This document shows positions 18,330 to 28,170 of a stretch of DNA of 64,000 nucleotides, one piece after another; positions within the stretch are counted from its first letter, which is position 1, and each line of letters begins with the position of its first letter. The DNA lies in the NCBI GenBank assembly GCA_964610745.1, contig CAZSYL010000001.1, positions 43,281 to 107,280 of the forward strand, written 5' to 3'. The DNA is from an uncultured Acidimicrobiales bacterium (GTDB lineage Bacteria; Actinomycetota; Acidimicrobiia; Acidimicrobiales; SHLQ01). The translations under genes and the position numbers were made by a program. A model generated the notes under the pieces. That model had not been told where the DNA came from, made no database searches, and was given only the letters and a program-made list of their open reading frames with translations.

Positions 18330-18767
18330 TCAGCCAATGATTGCCTGCATGTCCTGCTCACAGGACTTCGGCACGGTGTAGACCTGGCCATCGATCGACC
18401 AATCTGTGGCCAACATCGTATTTCCAGACGAGCTGATCTGGCTTGCGGTGAGATCATCTCTGATCACCCGACGGGCCACCCGTCGAATAGGTGATCCCGC
18501 AAAGAGCACGAGAGACTCCGCTGTTCGAGCCAGTACGAAATACCGGGTCGATGAGCCGGCAGCGACAAGCGCCAGCAGAAACGCGATCGCGGCAAGATCG
18601 GCGGTATCGAAGTCAAACAGTTGACCAATGAGCAGGACCGCAACGGCCGTGCCCACGACAAAAGCCAACCAGAGGTGGTGACGCCGCCACATATAGACAG
18701 CGTTCTCGACCTTCTCGTCATCACCGAGGAGGTCTTGAGCGGAACGAAGGAGCAATGCTCGTCTCAC
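18330..18767 (-). CDS. Hypothetical 2-TM membrane protein
   Basis: 145-aa ORF, GGAG SD before GTG, two hydrophobic helices, abuts the protease gene. Confidence 0.65.
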   Translation of the reverse strand: MRRALLLRSAQDLLGDDEKVENAVYMWRRHHLWLAFVVGTAVAVLLIGQLFDFDTADLAAIAFLLALVAAGSSTRYFVLARTAESLVLFAGSPIRRVARRVIRDDLTASQISSSGNTMLATDWSIDGQVYTVPKSCEQDMQAIIG

Positions 18768-18799
18768 GCCACTATCTCCAACACGTCCGTCATGCCATA

Positions 18800-18845
18800 C
18801 AGGATGGGCCGAATCGTCGCCCTGTGCGCGATTCGGCCCGTCCTG
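18800..18845. terminator. Long hairpin downstream of the TRAP operon
   Basis: CAGGATGGGCCGAATCG / CGATTCGGCCCGTCCTG 17-bp stem with one G-U pair, about 20 nt past the dctP stop. Confidence 0.65.
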
Positions 18846-18864
18846 ATGGAAGGGGAACTAGTGA

Positions 18865-20127
18865 CTAGAGGTCGCCAGACAGTTGGTTCAACATCGACAG
18901 CTCGGCGGTGCCATGCCACTGACCGACCGCGTCGCGGTACTCACGCCATGGGCCGAGGATTGCTGCAAAGTCCGGATCGGCTGCCGCAAATTCATCCAAC
19001 AAGCCCTCGGTGGTCTCCCGCGCTGCGTCCATGACGTCTTGGGGGAACTCGCGAAGCTGCACACCCTGATCGATGAGTTCTTGGAGTGCAATTGGTTGCA
19101 CACGGTCATAGAACATCATCGTGTCGAGGTACGACAGCTTGCCGGCCAGTTCGAGTGCCGTCTGGAAGGCCGGTGGCAGAGCGTTGAACGCATCGAGATC
19201 GACGAACACGTCGAGCGCTGCACCCGGCTCCCACCAACCTGGGAAGTAGTAGAACTCGCCGGCTTCGCCGAGACCGAGGTTGTTGTCGTCGAAGGGACCA
19301 ACGAACTCTGCTGCGTCGATTGCACCGGTCTGCAATGCCTGGGCGATTTCGCCCGCTGCCAGAACCTGTGCGTTTACTCCCAGCTCACTCATTACCGCGC
19401 CGCCCATGCCTGGGATACGCATCGTGAGACCTTGAAGGTCATCGAGCGAGTTAATCTCGCGGTTGAAGAAGCCACCCATCTGGGCACCGGTGCTACCAGC
19501 CGGGAAGTTGATGAGGTTGAAGTTCTCTGCGTAGTAGGCGCGCAGCGTTGAAAGGCCACCGTTCTCCCAGAGCCATGATGCCTGCTGGCGGAACGTCAAT
19601 CCGAATGGGATCGCGGTTCCAAAGAGCCATGGCTCGCCGAGGCCACGGAAGAAGTACGAGGCCGTGTGACCTGCCTGTACAGCGCCCGCCTGGATGACGT
19701 CGATGACTTCCAGGCCGCCGGCGAGGTCGCCAGCCTGGAAGGTGTTGATGGTGAAGTTGCCTCCGGTGAGCAGACCAACGTTGCGGGCAAACGCGAGCGC
19801 ACCCGAGTTGTTGTCTTCTGCGCCGAACAGCGTCGAGAGGCCAGCTGGCCAACTCGTCGTCATATCCCACTCGACCGTCTCGCCGTCCTGAGCATCGAGC
19901 TCAAGTGGTGCGGCTGATGTCGACGCACTTCCGTCTTCGGCCGCCGTTGCAGCCGTCGTGTCCGGGCTCTCGCCTCCTGCATTGTCCGTTGCGTCGCTTG
20001 CGCACGCTGCCAGAACCGCACTGCCACCGAGAGCTCCGGCGACCGTCAGGCCTGATTTTGCGAGAAATGAACGACGCCCAGCGCTAGTACTGAGATCGTC
20101 TTCCCCTTCGATGATGTCTTCTTCCAC
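18865..20127 (-). CDS. dctP: TRAP transporter substrate-binding protein (DctP/TakP-like) with Tat signal
   Basis: GRRSFL twin-arginine motif; WDMTTSWP, LTMRIPGMGGAVM, IDAAEFVGPFDD, PGWWEPG. Confidence 0.88.
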   Translation of the reverse strand: MEEDIIEGEDDLSTSAGRRSFLAKSGLTVAGALGGSAVLAACASDATDNAGGESPDTTAATAAEDGSASTSAAPLELDAQDGETVEWDMTTSWPAGLSTLFGAEDNNSGALAFARNVGLLTGGNFTINTFQAGDLAGGLEVIDVIQAGAVQAGHTASYFFRGLGEPWLFGTAIPFGLTFRQQASWLWENGGLSTLRAYYAENFNLINFPAGSTGAQMGGFFNREINSLDDLQGLTMRIPGMGGAVMSELGVNAQVLAAGEIAQALQTGAIDAAEFVGPFDDNNLGLGEAGEFYYFPGWWEPGAALDVFVDLDAFNALPPAFQTALELAGKLSYLDTMMFYDRVQPIALQELIDQGVQLREFPQDVMDAARETTEGLLDEFAAADPDFAAILGPWREYRDAVGQWHGTAELSMLNQLSGDL

Positions 20128-20189
20128 TTTCTCCCCCTCCTAGGGTTGTTTGAATACGCCGTAGGGCGCATGCACTGACGACAATCCGG

Positions 20190-21521
20190 TCAAACGAGCC
20201 ACGTTGCGATTCCGGGGATGAACGCTACGAGCAGCAGCGCGAACCCCTGAAGGAACATGAACGGGATGGCTCCCTTGTGGATGTCGGCGGTTTTCACTTC
20301 CGGCGGCGCCACGCTCTGCAAATAGAAGAGCGAGAAACCGACCGGCGGCGAGATAAAGGCCATGTTGAGGTTAATGGCCATAAGAACGGTGAACCAGATG
20401 AACTCTTCCTCGGTGAAGTTCAGTGCGAGCATCGCTGGCACGAAAATCGGCACCACGATGAAGGTGATTTCGAGAAACTCGAGGTTGATTCCGAGAATGA
20501 AGACGGCGATCATCGCGACGATGACGAAGCCGGTCTTGCCACCACCGATTCCTGACAGCCAGGCCGTTGCTTGTTCCTGACCGCCTAGGCCTTCGAAGAC
20601 CACGCTGAAGAACGACGAAGCAAAGAGCAGCGTCATGACCAGGATCGTGATGTTCGCGGTGGACTTCGCAGACGCCCAAAGCATGTCTCGGCCGAGCGAA
20701 CGATTGAACAGCGCGAGCAACATCGCACCGAGCGCACCGACCGCCCCTGACTCGGACGGTGTCGCAATACCGGCAAAGATCGAGCCGAGCACGGCACCGA
20801 TGAGCAGGAGTGGAGGCACAACTGCAGACATCGTCTCCTTCAGCAGTGCCGAACCGCGCATCGATCGCTCTTCGGGTGGCAGCGCAGGTGCTGCCTCGGG
20901 CCGGATGAATGCAACGAAGAGCGCATAGGCCACATACAGACCAGCACACAACAGACCAGGGAGTAGGGCTCCGCGGAAGAGGCCGAGGATGGAGATGTTC
21001 ATTTGCTGGGCGAGCAGGATGAGCACGAGCGATGGAGGCACGAGCTGGGCCAGCGTGCCCGACGCCACGATGGCTCCGGTTGCCAGCTTGTGGTCATAGC
21101 CGAGGCGCACCATCGTCGGCAACGACAAGATGCCCATCACGATGACCGTTGCAGCCACGACACCGGTAGCGGCAGCAAGGAGCGTGCCGACGATGATTAC
21201 CGCCGCAGCGACACCGCCGCGCAGTGGTCCCATCAACATGCCAACCGTTGTGAGTAATCGTTCAGCCAGTCCCGATTTCTCGAGAATCGCGCCCATTAAC
21301 ACAAAGAACGGCACCGCGAGCAGTGTCTGATCACTGACGGCGCTGAACCAGTTCGAGGGCAGCAGGTTGAGCCTCCCCGGCTCAAACGTGTCTGTCAGGT
21401 CTCCCAACACAGAAAAGACCAGCCCGGTGACACCGAACGAGAACGCCACGTTGTAACCGATAAGGATCATGATCATAAAGATCACGAACATTGAAAGTGC
21501 GAAGAATACGCCTAGGTCCAT
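20190..21521 (-). CDS. dctM: TRAP transporter large permease
   Basis: [39 protein letters not shown]. Confidence 0.92.
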   Translation of the reverse strand: MDLGVFFALSMFVIFMIMILIGYNVAFSFGVTGLVFSVLGDLTDTFEPGRLNLLPSNWFSAVSDQTLLAVPFFVLMGAILEKSGLAERLLTTVGMLMGPLRGGVAAAVIIVGTLLAAATGVVAATVIVMGILSLPTMVRLGYDHKLATGAIVASGTLAQLVPPSLVLILLAQQMNISILGLFRGALLPGLLCAGLYVAYALFVAFIRPEAAPALPPEERSMRGSALLKETMSAVVPPLLLIGAVLGSIFAGIATPSESGAVGALGAMLLALFNRSLGRDMLWASAKSTANITILVMTLLFASSFFSVVFEGLGGQEQATAWLSGIGGGKTGFVIVAMIAVFILGINLEFLEITFIVVPIFVPAMLALNFTEEEFIWFTVLMAINLNMAFISPPVGFSLFYLQSVAPPEVKTADIHKGAIPFMFLQGFALLLVAFIPGIATWLV

Positions 21522-21527
21522 GCTGAC

Positions 21528-22208
21528 TTACTCGACTCGGTAGGGGGTGGAGCGTTCGAGGCGGCCCGACCGGCCAGCGACGGTCAGCGTGGACTTGATG
21601 ATCTCCGAGATCACCTGAAGGATGAAGAGGCTAAACGCGAGAATCAGCACGGACTTGAGCGGCCACCGAGCCAAGCCGTTCGGGTCAGGAGATGTCTCGC
21701 GCGAGTTGATAGAACGCTCGACGAAGGGCCACGTGACCTGCAGTGCCACGACGCTGAAGGCGAGCAAACCCCAGTGAAAGAGCAGATCCACGGCTGCCTT
21801 CTTCTTCGGCGAGAAGTCGGCGTACCAGAAGTCGACACGAGGGTTGACACCATCTCGGATACCGACCGCAAGCCCCAACAACGCAATGAGCGCAAAGAGG
21901 TACCACTGACCTTCGATCCACAGGTTGCTGGTCAACTGCCGTCCAAGTCCTCGGCCGAGGTAGCGAAGCACCACGTTGAATATGCCGACGAGGAACACCG
22001 CAAAGACCAGCCCTTGCGAGATCCGACCGAAGAATCCGGAGATGGCATCGATGCCCTTTGAGAAAACCAGCGCAACTCGCCACAGGCCGGTCGCGGGTTT
22101 CTCCGGCTCGATCTCGACGAGGTTGGCATCCTCATCGAGGAGCGCTTCAGCCTCGCGCAGGGCCTCTTCGTCAACATCGAGGACTCCCCCGACATCTTCG
22201 TTTTCCAC
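21528..22208 (-). CDS. dctQ: TRAP transporter small permease
   Basis: EGQWYLFA, PRVDFWY, 4 TM; first gene of the Q-M-P operon. Confidence 0.85.
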   Translation of the reverse strand: MENEDVGGVLDVDEEALREAEALLDEDANLVEIEPEKPATGLWRVALVFSKGIDAISGFFGRISQGLVFAVFLVGIFNVVLRYLGRGLGRQLTSNLWIEGQWYLFALIALLGLAVGIRDGVNPRVDFWYADFSPKKKAAVDLLFHWGLLAFSVVALQVTWPFVERSINSRETSPDPNGLARWPLKSVLILAFSLFILQVISEIIKSTLTVAGRSGRLERSTPYRVE

Positions 22209-22400
22209 AAAGCCCCCCGACTTCCGTTCGATTTGAGCCGATGCTGTTCAGCTCTCAGGACTTATCCACTATCCACTGTGTCATCCGACACGGTCCAACT
22301 CGAAAACGGCTTTTCCTTGAAACGCCCTTTTTCACCGTTCACCGACATCGCTTCTTGCGATAAGCGGTAGACGAGCGACACGATCGGTTGCCCCCTGTCT

Positions 22401-23150
22401 CTAAGGAGTGCCCATCGAGCTGGTCAAACGAGCGGTCAAATCGCTGGCATACCGTCGACTAACCGGTAGCTCCGTGCCGCCTCCTAGGCAGACACTGCGC
22501 CCCTTGGGACCCGAGCGAACCTCGTCGATGGCCGACAGCCGAACCGCAAAGCTTCGGTGCACCCGCACAAACCCGTGCGGCGCCCATTCGTTGGTTAACC
22601 GAGTCATGGTGTCGCGCACCAAGTAGGACTCGTCGACCACGTGCACGCGAACATAGTCACCACACGATTCGAGGTGCGAAACCTCGGAAGGACCGAGAAG
22701 TAGTTGGCGACCCCCGCGCGCCTGCACCGCAATGCGACAAGACTGCGGAAGCACCTCGGATGGCTCTGCTGCACCACTTCGGGCCGTGATCGCCCGCCCG
22801 ATGGCACGACGCAACCGGTCGGCGGCGACCGGTTTGCGAAGATAGTCAACAACGCCGAGGTCGAAGGCATCTGACGCTGGTGTATCGAAGGCCGTCACGA
22901 ACACGATCGCCGGTGGATCTTCAAAACGACCGATCATGCGGGCGACGTCAAGACCATCGAAATCCGGCATCGAGATATCGAGGAACACCACGTCCACACC
23001 GTTGCCCGTGTCGGCATTTCCGAGCAGCTTGAGTGCCTCGGCTCCGCCACTCGCTTCGCAAATGTCACCAATGTCAGCCTCGCGTTGAAGCATCCACACC
23101 AGGTCATGGCGTGCTGGTTTCTCATCATCGACGACCAAGGCAGATAACAC
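22401..23150 (-). CDS. LytTR-family response regulator
   Basis: VVDDE, FLDISMP, VFVTAF, DYLRKP; C-terminal FVRVHRSFAVRL and LPVSRR. Confidence 0.92.
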   Translation of the reverse strand: MLSALVVDDEKPARHDLVWMLQREADIGDICEASGGAEALKLLGNADTGNGVDVVFLDISMPDFDGLDVARMIGRFEDPPAIVFVTAFDTPASDAFDLGVVDYLRKPVAADRLRRAIGRAITARSGAAEPSEVLPQSCRIAVQARGGRQLLLGPSEVSHLESCGDYVRVHVVDESYLVRDTMTRLTNEWAPHGFVRVHRSFAVRLSAIDEVRSGPKGRSVCLGGGTELPVSRRYASDLTARLTSSMGTP

Positions 23151-23239
23151 GGCCCCGACGATACTCGCCTATGGGGCGGAACGACTAACGGCTAGCATCT
23201 CGGCCGGTTGAGTGGTGACATGGAGATGAGGAGAGTCAC

Positions 23240-23644
23240 ATGGCCGACCAGGCAGACGCAGAACGGCGACGGATCGTCCTCCATCCGCGCACCGCTGCTG
23301 CTCGCCGCGTGGATCGACGCCGAACCTATGGCAGCCATGTCCGCGGTTTCAGCGTGCAAAACGATGACGTTTTTGAGCTGGTCTATGCGCAACGCCGCTC
23401 CGCGATCAGATATTTGCTGATACTCACCGCATCCATTGCGGCCGCAATCGGAGCCCTAGTGCTCATCCCAGGTTTTGTAGACGTCACCGTTCGCGGCGTT
23501 CCGGTGCCATGGATCCTCTTCGGGCCCGCATTGTTGTTCGAGATCGTCGTTCTTGCGTGGCTCCACGACCGAGCATCATTGCAAACAGAGAAGACATGGA
23601 CCGACGAGCACAAGCCCGCTGAACACAAGGGCGATATCCAATGA
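23240..23644 (+). CDS. Small 2-TM membrane protein (DUF485-like partner of solute symporters)
   Basis: GAGGAG SD; two TM helices; stop overlaps the symporter start. Confidence 0.65.
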   Translation: MADQADAERRRIVLHPRTAAARRVDRRRTYGSHVRGFSVQNDDVFELVYAQRRSAIRYLLILTASIAAAIGALVLIPGFVDVTVRGVPVPWILFGPALLFEIVVLAWLHDRASLQTEKTWTDEHKPAEHKGDIQ

Positions 23645-25341
23645 TCCCGATCGCAGCGGTTGCGTTTGTCGTCATATCGACATTGCTTCTCGGCACCACA
23701 GGGCTCCGGTTTGCGCGGACCACGTCGAATTTCTTTGTAGCGTCACGATCCGTCCATCCGGTCTGGAACGCGTTCGCCGTATGTGGCGAGGCAATGTCAG
23801 CAGCGAGTTTCCTTGGAGTGCCGGCGCTGATCTTCGTCTTTGGCTTCGAGATCCTCTGGACGCTCGTCGGCTGGACCATCGGGTTCCTCCTGCTCTCACT
23901 GCTGATTGCCGCCCCCATCCGTCGCTTTGGTTCGTACACGATTCCGGAGTTCATCGAAGGCCGTCTCGACAGCCCGCAACTCCGTCGGGTCGTCGCGATC
24001 ATGGTGATCCTGGTGAGCTGGTTTTTCTTTCTTGCGCAGTTGAAGGGTGCCGGCGTCGTCACCCAGTCGCTTCTCGGCACTCCTTACTGGGTGGGGGTTG
24101 CGGCGGTTGCGATCCTTGTCTCCATCAACCTCAGCGCTGGCGGCATGCGTGGCATCACCTTCGTCCAAGGTTTCCAGTTCTTCTTCATCTTCCTCGGAAT
24201 CCTGATTCCCTTTGCGGTGGTGAGCACCTTCTGGTTCCGCGGCGACTTGGATCCAATCATCACCGACTCCGCGCCGATATTCACCGAGGCGACCATCGTC
24301 GAGTACCCAAACGACGTGACGATCGTTGTCTCCGAATCAACCGAGGTCGTGGTGACCGGCCTCGTAAATAGTGACGTTTCGGGCGCGATCCGATTGGACG
24401 CCGGTGAGCACACCATCGCAGCCGGTACGGCGATCCAGTGGCCGGCGAACGCTCCTGCGCCCCATAACACTGTGATTGAGCCGGTGAGTGGCGAAGAATG
24501 GGCTCGACCACTCGGCGAGAGCAGCGCTGGTGGTGGTCATCCCCTGTATTTCTCGTTTGCACTCGTGCTGGCGAACATGTTCGGCATCATGGGCTTGCCT
24601 CACATCGTCGTTCGGTTCTACACCAACCCCACCGGTCGCGAAGCTCGACGAACCAACCTGATCGTGCTCGCGCTGATCGCCCCGTACTACGCGATGATCC
24701 CACTGTTTGGCGCAGCCAGCCGCGTGCTCAGTCCAGGTCTGCTCGGTTCGGGAAATACCGATGCTGCCACGGTTTCGATCGGGGAAAGACTGATCGAAGG
24801 CACAGGTGGTGAGCTGATCACCGCTGTCGTATCAGCAGGCGCGACCGCCGCGTTTCTTTCGACCTCTTCGGGTCTGCTCATCGCAATGGCGGGAGCGGTC
24901 AGCCATGACCTGATGTCGGCGGGAGTTCGCCAGTTCCGGTCCGCGGTGTGGGTCGTTGCTGGCGCGTCCATTCTCGTCGCACTCGCCGTGGAGAACACCG
25001 ATATCAACGTGCTGATCGGTTGGTCGACCTCTATTGCTGCCTCGTCGATCGCCCCGCTTCTCGTCCTTGGGATCTGGTGGCCGAAGCTCACCCGACGAGG
25101 TGCCCTCGCCGCAATCGTGATCGGCGGAGGTGCCAGCACCGCTGCGGTGCTCATATCCATCTTCGGCCGGATCGACTCGGGATGGCCGCTCGCAATCCTC
25201 GGGACGCCTGCCGTGTGGAGCGTCCCCCTTGCCTTTGCGGTCGGAATCGGTGTTTCGCTCCGAGATCAGGACCAGGTCGCCGATCTTGGATACAAATTTG
25301 CGCTCATGCACGTACCCGACCGATTCGATTCGAACCAATGA
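23641..25341 (+). CDS. Sodium:solute symporter (ActP-like cation/monocarboxylate)
   Basis: FFVASRSV..VWNAFAVCGEAMSAASFLG, GLPHIVVRFYT, AAFLSTSSGLL. Confidence 0.88.
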   Translation: MIPIAAVAFVVISTLLLGTTGLRFARTTSNFFVASRSVHPVWNAFAVCGEAMSAASFLGVPALIFVFGFEILWTLVGWTIGFLLLSLLIAAPIRRFGSYTIPEFIEGRLDSPQLRRVVAIMVILVSWFFFLAQLKGAGVVTQSLLGTPYWVGVAAVAILVSINLSAGGMRGITFVQGFQFFFIFLGILIPFAVVSTFWFRGDLDPIITDSAPIFTEATIVEYPNDVTIVVSESTEVVVTGLVNSDVSGAIRLDAGEHTIAAGTAIQWPANAPAPHNTVIEPVSGEEWARPLGESSAGGGHPLYFSFALVLANMFGIMGLPHIVVRFYTNPTGREARRTNLIVLALIAPYYAMIPLFGAASRVLSPGLLGSGNTDAATVSIGERLIEGTGGELITAVVSAGATAAFLSTSSGLLIAMAGAVSHDLMSAGVRQFRSAVWVVAGASILVALAVENTDINVLIGWSTSIAASSIAPLLVLGIWWPKLTRRGALAAIVIGGGASTAAVLISIFGRIDSGWPLAILGTPAVWSVPLAFAVGIGVSLRDQDQVADLGYKFALMHVPDRFDSNQ

Positions 25342-26444
25342 GTCGTCGTCGTGGGGCAAAACGTTTCCTGGGTAACGAGGCGACATCACAGACCGCAACT
25401 CTGGATCTTCTCAGTTCGTTGAACCACCTCTCCCTCGTGATCCGTGGTGGCTTCGATTCACGCGCCGCCACCGAGATCGCCAACACGGCCCAGCTCGCGC
25501 TGGACGCGAGCGCTGTCGCGGTAACGAGCGACACTGATCTGCTCGCCTGCGTCGGCATGGAGCCCGAGGTCTGGGACTCTGCGGTTCGCGAGCAGACAAC
25601 CGCCGTTGTCGAGGGCCGGCGTGTGAGCCAGCCAACCGTCTACCAGTTGGTCACCCACCGCGGCGAGAGCGAGGTTGCTGCAGCTCCCCTCTTGTTCGAA
25701 GACGTCGTCATCGGCACGATCCACGTCATTGCCAATGCTGGCGGTTCACGACTTAGCGAGCTCACCGAACTCGCCAGATTCGTTTCGAGCCAGCTGGAGC
25801 TGACCGAGCTCGAACAATCGCGTGCATATGCCGCAGAAGCCGAACTGCGAGCGTTGCGAGCTCAGATCTCACCACATTTCGTCCACAACTCGCTGACGGC
25901 CATCGCCGGCCTCGTAAACACTGACCCGGTGGTGGCCCGCGATCTCATCGTGACGTTCGCCGAGTTTCTCCGAGCCAGCTTTCGAACCCAAACCGACCTG
26001 ACGACAGTCGCCGAGGAGCTTCGACTCGTAGAGGCATACCTCGAGCTCGAAAAGGCCCGCTTTGGTAACCGTTTTTCGGTTTCGCTCACTATTTCGCCGG
26101 AGTCATTGCCGGTTCGACTCCCGTTTCTGAGCTTGCAGCCCCTCGTCGAGAACGCGATCCGCCACGGCCTCGAATCACGAGCAGGTGATGGCCAACTCCG
26201 GATTGTCGCCGAGAACGCGGGTCCTGAAATCGCCATTTCGGTCGCTGACGACGGTGTCGGTATCGACCCAAAGCAGCTCGAGCGAGCTCTAAGCGGCCAA
26301 GACTCGTCGAGCCATGTCGGGATCCTCGCTGTAGACACCCGACTTCGGTCCACATTTGGCGATGAGTACGGCCTGACGATCGAGACGGGCGAGAACGCTG
26401 GAACCGAAGTCATGATTCGTCTGCCTAAATATCACGCGGGTTGA
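25338..26444 (+). CDS. LytS/YehU-type histidine kinase, apparently soluble (GAF-like + His_kinase + HATPase)
   Basis: LRALRAQISPHFVHNSL, LQPLVENAIRHG, VADDGVG, GTEV; no obvious TM segment. Confidence 0.88.
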   Translation: MSRRRGAKRFLGNEATSQTATLDLLSSLNHLSLVIRGGFDSRAATEIANTAQLALDASAVAVTSDTDLLACVGMEPEVWDSAVREQTTAVVEGRRVSQPTVYQLVTHRGESEVAAAPLLFEDVVIGTIHVIANAGGSRLSELTELARFVSSQLELTELEQSRAYAAEAELRALRAQISPHFVHNSLTAIAGLVNTDPVVARDLIVTFAEFLRASFRTQTDLTTVAEELRLVEAYLELEKARFGNRFSVSLTISPESLPVRLPFLSLQPLVENAIRHGLESRAGDGQLRIVAENAGPEIAISVADDGVGIDPKQLERALSGQDSSSHVGILAVDTRLRSTFGDEYGLTIETGENAGTEVMIRLPKYHAG

Positions 26445-26508
26445 CCGAATTCCCGATGGGACCATTCGCCCTATACAGAAAGTGACCAAATATGGTCGAA
26501 ACTGTTGT

Positions 26509-26910
26509 ATGGGCATTGATCGCCGAATGTTTGAACGAACCGATGTTGCCGTAAAGGGCGAGCTGCTTTGGCAGCTCAAACTCCGCAGTGGCTTGGTCAA
26601 AACCAACCGCGTTGAGATCACAACGATCGACCTCTCGGTCGATGGCGCCCGCGTGTCGACCAACAAGAAGACGCGCCTGCCTGTCGGAGCATCGGTCATG
26701 TTGACGTTCAACGGCGAGCGGAGTCCCGCTCGTGTCCGAGCACTCCTTCCAGACCCGGACAACAAGCGCGGCAAGCTACTGCTCCTTCAGTTCGATGAGC
26801 CAAACGCAGCCTTCCTTCGAGTCATCGATCAGTGGATCGACGCCGGCAAGGGCGGCAACCGCTTTAAGACTGAATACTGGCGTCACCAGCAGGTCCAAGA
26901 AGCCTCATAA
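26509..26910 (+). CDS. PilZ-domain protein
   Basis: RRMFER (RxxxR) and DLSVDG (DxSxxG) c-di-GMP-binding motifs. Confidence 0.75.
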   Translation: MGIDRRMFERTDVAVKGELLWQLKLRSGLVKTNRVEITTIDLSVDGARVSTNKKTRLPVGASVMLTFNGERSPARVRALLPDPDNKRGKLLLLQFDEPNAAFLRVIDQWIDAGKGGNRFKTEYWRHQQVQEAS

Positions 26911-26914
26911 CCCT

Positions 26915-26960
26915 GAAATTTGTAGGTCGAATCACGCCGAGCGCGTCACCTGCAGATTTC
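26915..26960. terminator. Hairpin between convergent PilZ and thiolase genes
   Basis: GAAATTTGTAGGT / ACCTGCAGATTTC 13-bp stem with two G-U pairs. Confidence 0.5.
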
Positions 26961-26964
26961 TTCG

Positions 26965-28170
26965 TCAGTCGACGTGGACGAGAATGGCGTCGCCTTGACC
27001 GCCGCCGCCACACAGGCCTGCCGCGCCGATGCCACCGCCGCGTCGGCGCAACTCGTGCATCAGCGTGAGGGTGATCCTGTTTCCCGACATGCCCAAGGGA
27101 TGGCCGACAGCGATTGCACCACCGTTGACATTAACCAGCTCGTCAGATACACCGAGCTCGGACATTGCGCCGAGGCCGACCGCCGCGAAAGCTTCATTGA
27201 TCTCATAGAGCGAAATGTCCCCCATATCGATCCCCGCACGAGAAGCGGCCTCGGCAATGGCACGTGATGGTTGGTGGATGAGCGAGCAGTTGTCCGGTCC
27301 GGCGACCATGCCGTAGCCGAGCACGGTCGCAAGAGGTTCAATGCCGAGATCGTCAGCCTTTGCTCGCGACGTGACGATCATCGCCGACGCACCATCGGAG
27401 AGCTGAGAGGCGTTGCCGGCCGTGATGGTCCCGTCGGCTACAAAAGCGGCACGCAGCTTGCCGAGCGACGCCGCATCGGTGCCTTCTCGGACACCTTCGT
27501 CGTCTTCGAAGATGAGAGGATCTGTCTTGCGTTGCGGGACCTCAACCGCAATCGTCTCACTACGGAGCACCCCATCCTTGATAGCGCGAGCAGCGCGATC
27601 GTGGGACTGTGCGGCAAATGCGTCCTGATCCTCTCTTGGGATGGAGTCTGCCGAGGCGTACACATCGGTCGCCTCGCCCATAAGTTTGGATTCGACGGCA
27701 CAAGTCAGTCCATCGAACTGCAACGAGTCGACGAGCTCTCCGTTGCCGTATCCGTAGCCGGTACGACTCTTCATGAGCAGGTGAGGGCTGTTGCTCATCG
27801 ACTCCATGCCGCCGGCAACAGCCACCGTTGCCTGGCCTGTCTGGATCTGCATCGCCGCGAAGTTGATTGCCTGCATCCCCGAGAGGCAGACCTTGTTCAC
27901 CGTGGTGGCATTTACGGTCATCGGGACGCCACCCTGTAGCGCAGCGTTACGTGCACCAGACTGACCTTCGCCCGCGGTCAGCACGTGCCCCATGACGACC
28001 GAATCGACCTGGTCTCCGGACACGCCCGCACGCTCGAGCGCCCCAGCGATTGCCTTGCCGCCGAGCTCGACTCCACTAAAGCCGCTCAACGAGCCGTTGA
28101 ATCGACCAATCGGTGTTCGTGCTCCCTCGAGAATGACGACGTCTTCTGCGGACTTGTTGATCTCGGTCAT
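26965..28170 (-). CDS. Acetyl-CoA C-acyltransferase (thiolase)
   Basis: NKVCLSG, YEINEAFA, VNVNGGAIAVGHPLGMSG, LCGGGGQG. Confidence 0.95.
   Translation of the reverse strand: MTEINKSAEDVVILEGARTPIGRFNGSLSGFSGVELGGKAIAGALERAGVSGDQVDSVVMGHVLTAGEGQSGARNAALQGGVPMTVNATTVNKVCLSGMQAINFAAMQIQTGQATVAVAGGMESMSNSPHLLMKSRTGYGYGNGELVDSLQFDGLTCAVESKLMGEATDVYASADSIPREDQDAFAAQSHDRAARAIKDGVLRSETIAVEVPQRKTDPLIFEDDEGVREGTDAASLGKLRAAFVADGTITAGNASQLSDGASAMIVTSRAKADDLGIEPLATVLGYGMVAGPDNCSLIHQPSRAIAEAASRAGIDMGDISLYEINEAFAAVGLGAMSELGVSDELVNVNGGAIAVGHPLGMSGNRITLTLMHELRRRGGGIGAAGLCGGGGQGDAILVHVD

Noticed and set aside
22262-22277. TTATCCACT-ATCCACT, resembling a DnaA box
   Set aside because: One mismatched box in a transporter promoter; no box cluster, AT-rich unwinding element or dnaA/dnaN nearby
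22209-23239. GAACGG/GAACAG/GAACGAC words upstream of dctQ and the DUF485-like gene as LytTR sites
   Set aside because: Short and irregularly spaced; I cannot distinguish them from chance without a motif search
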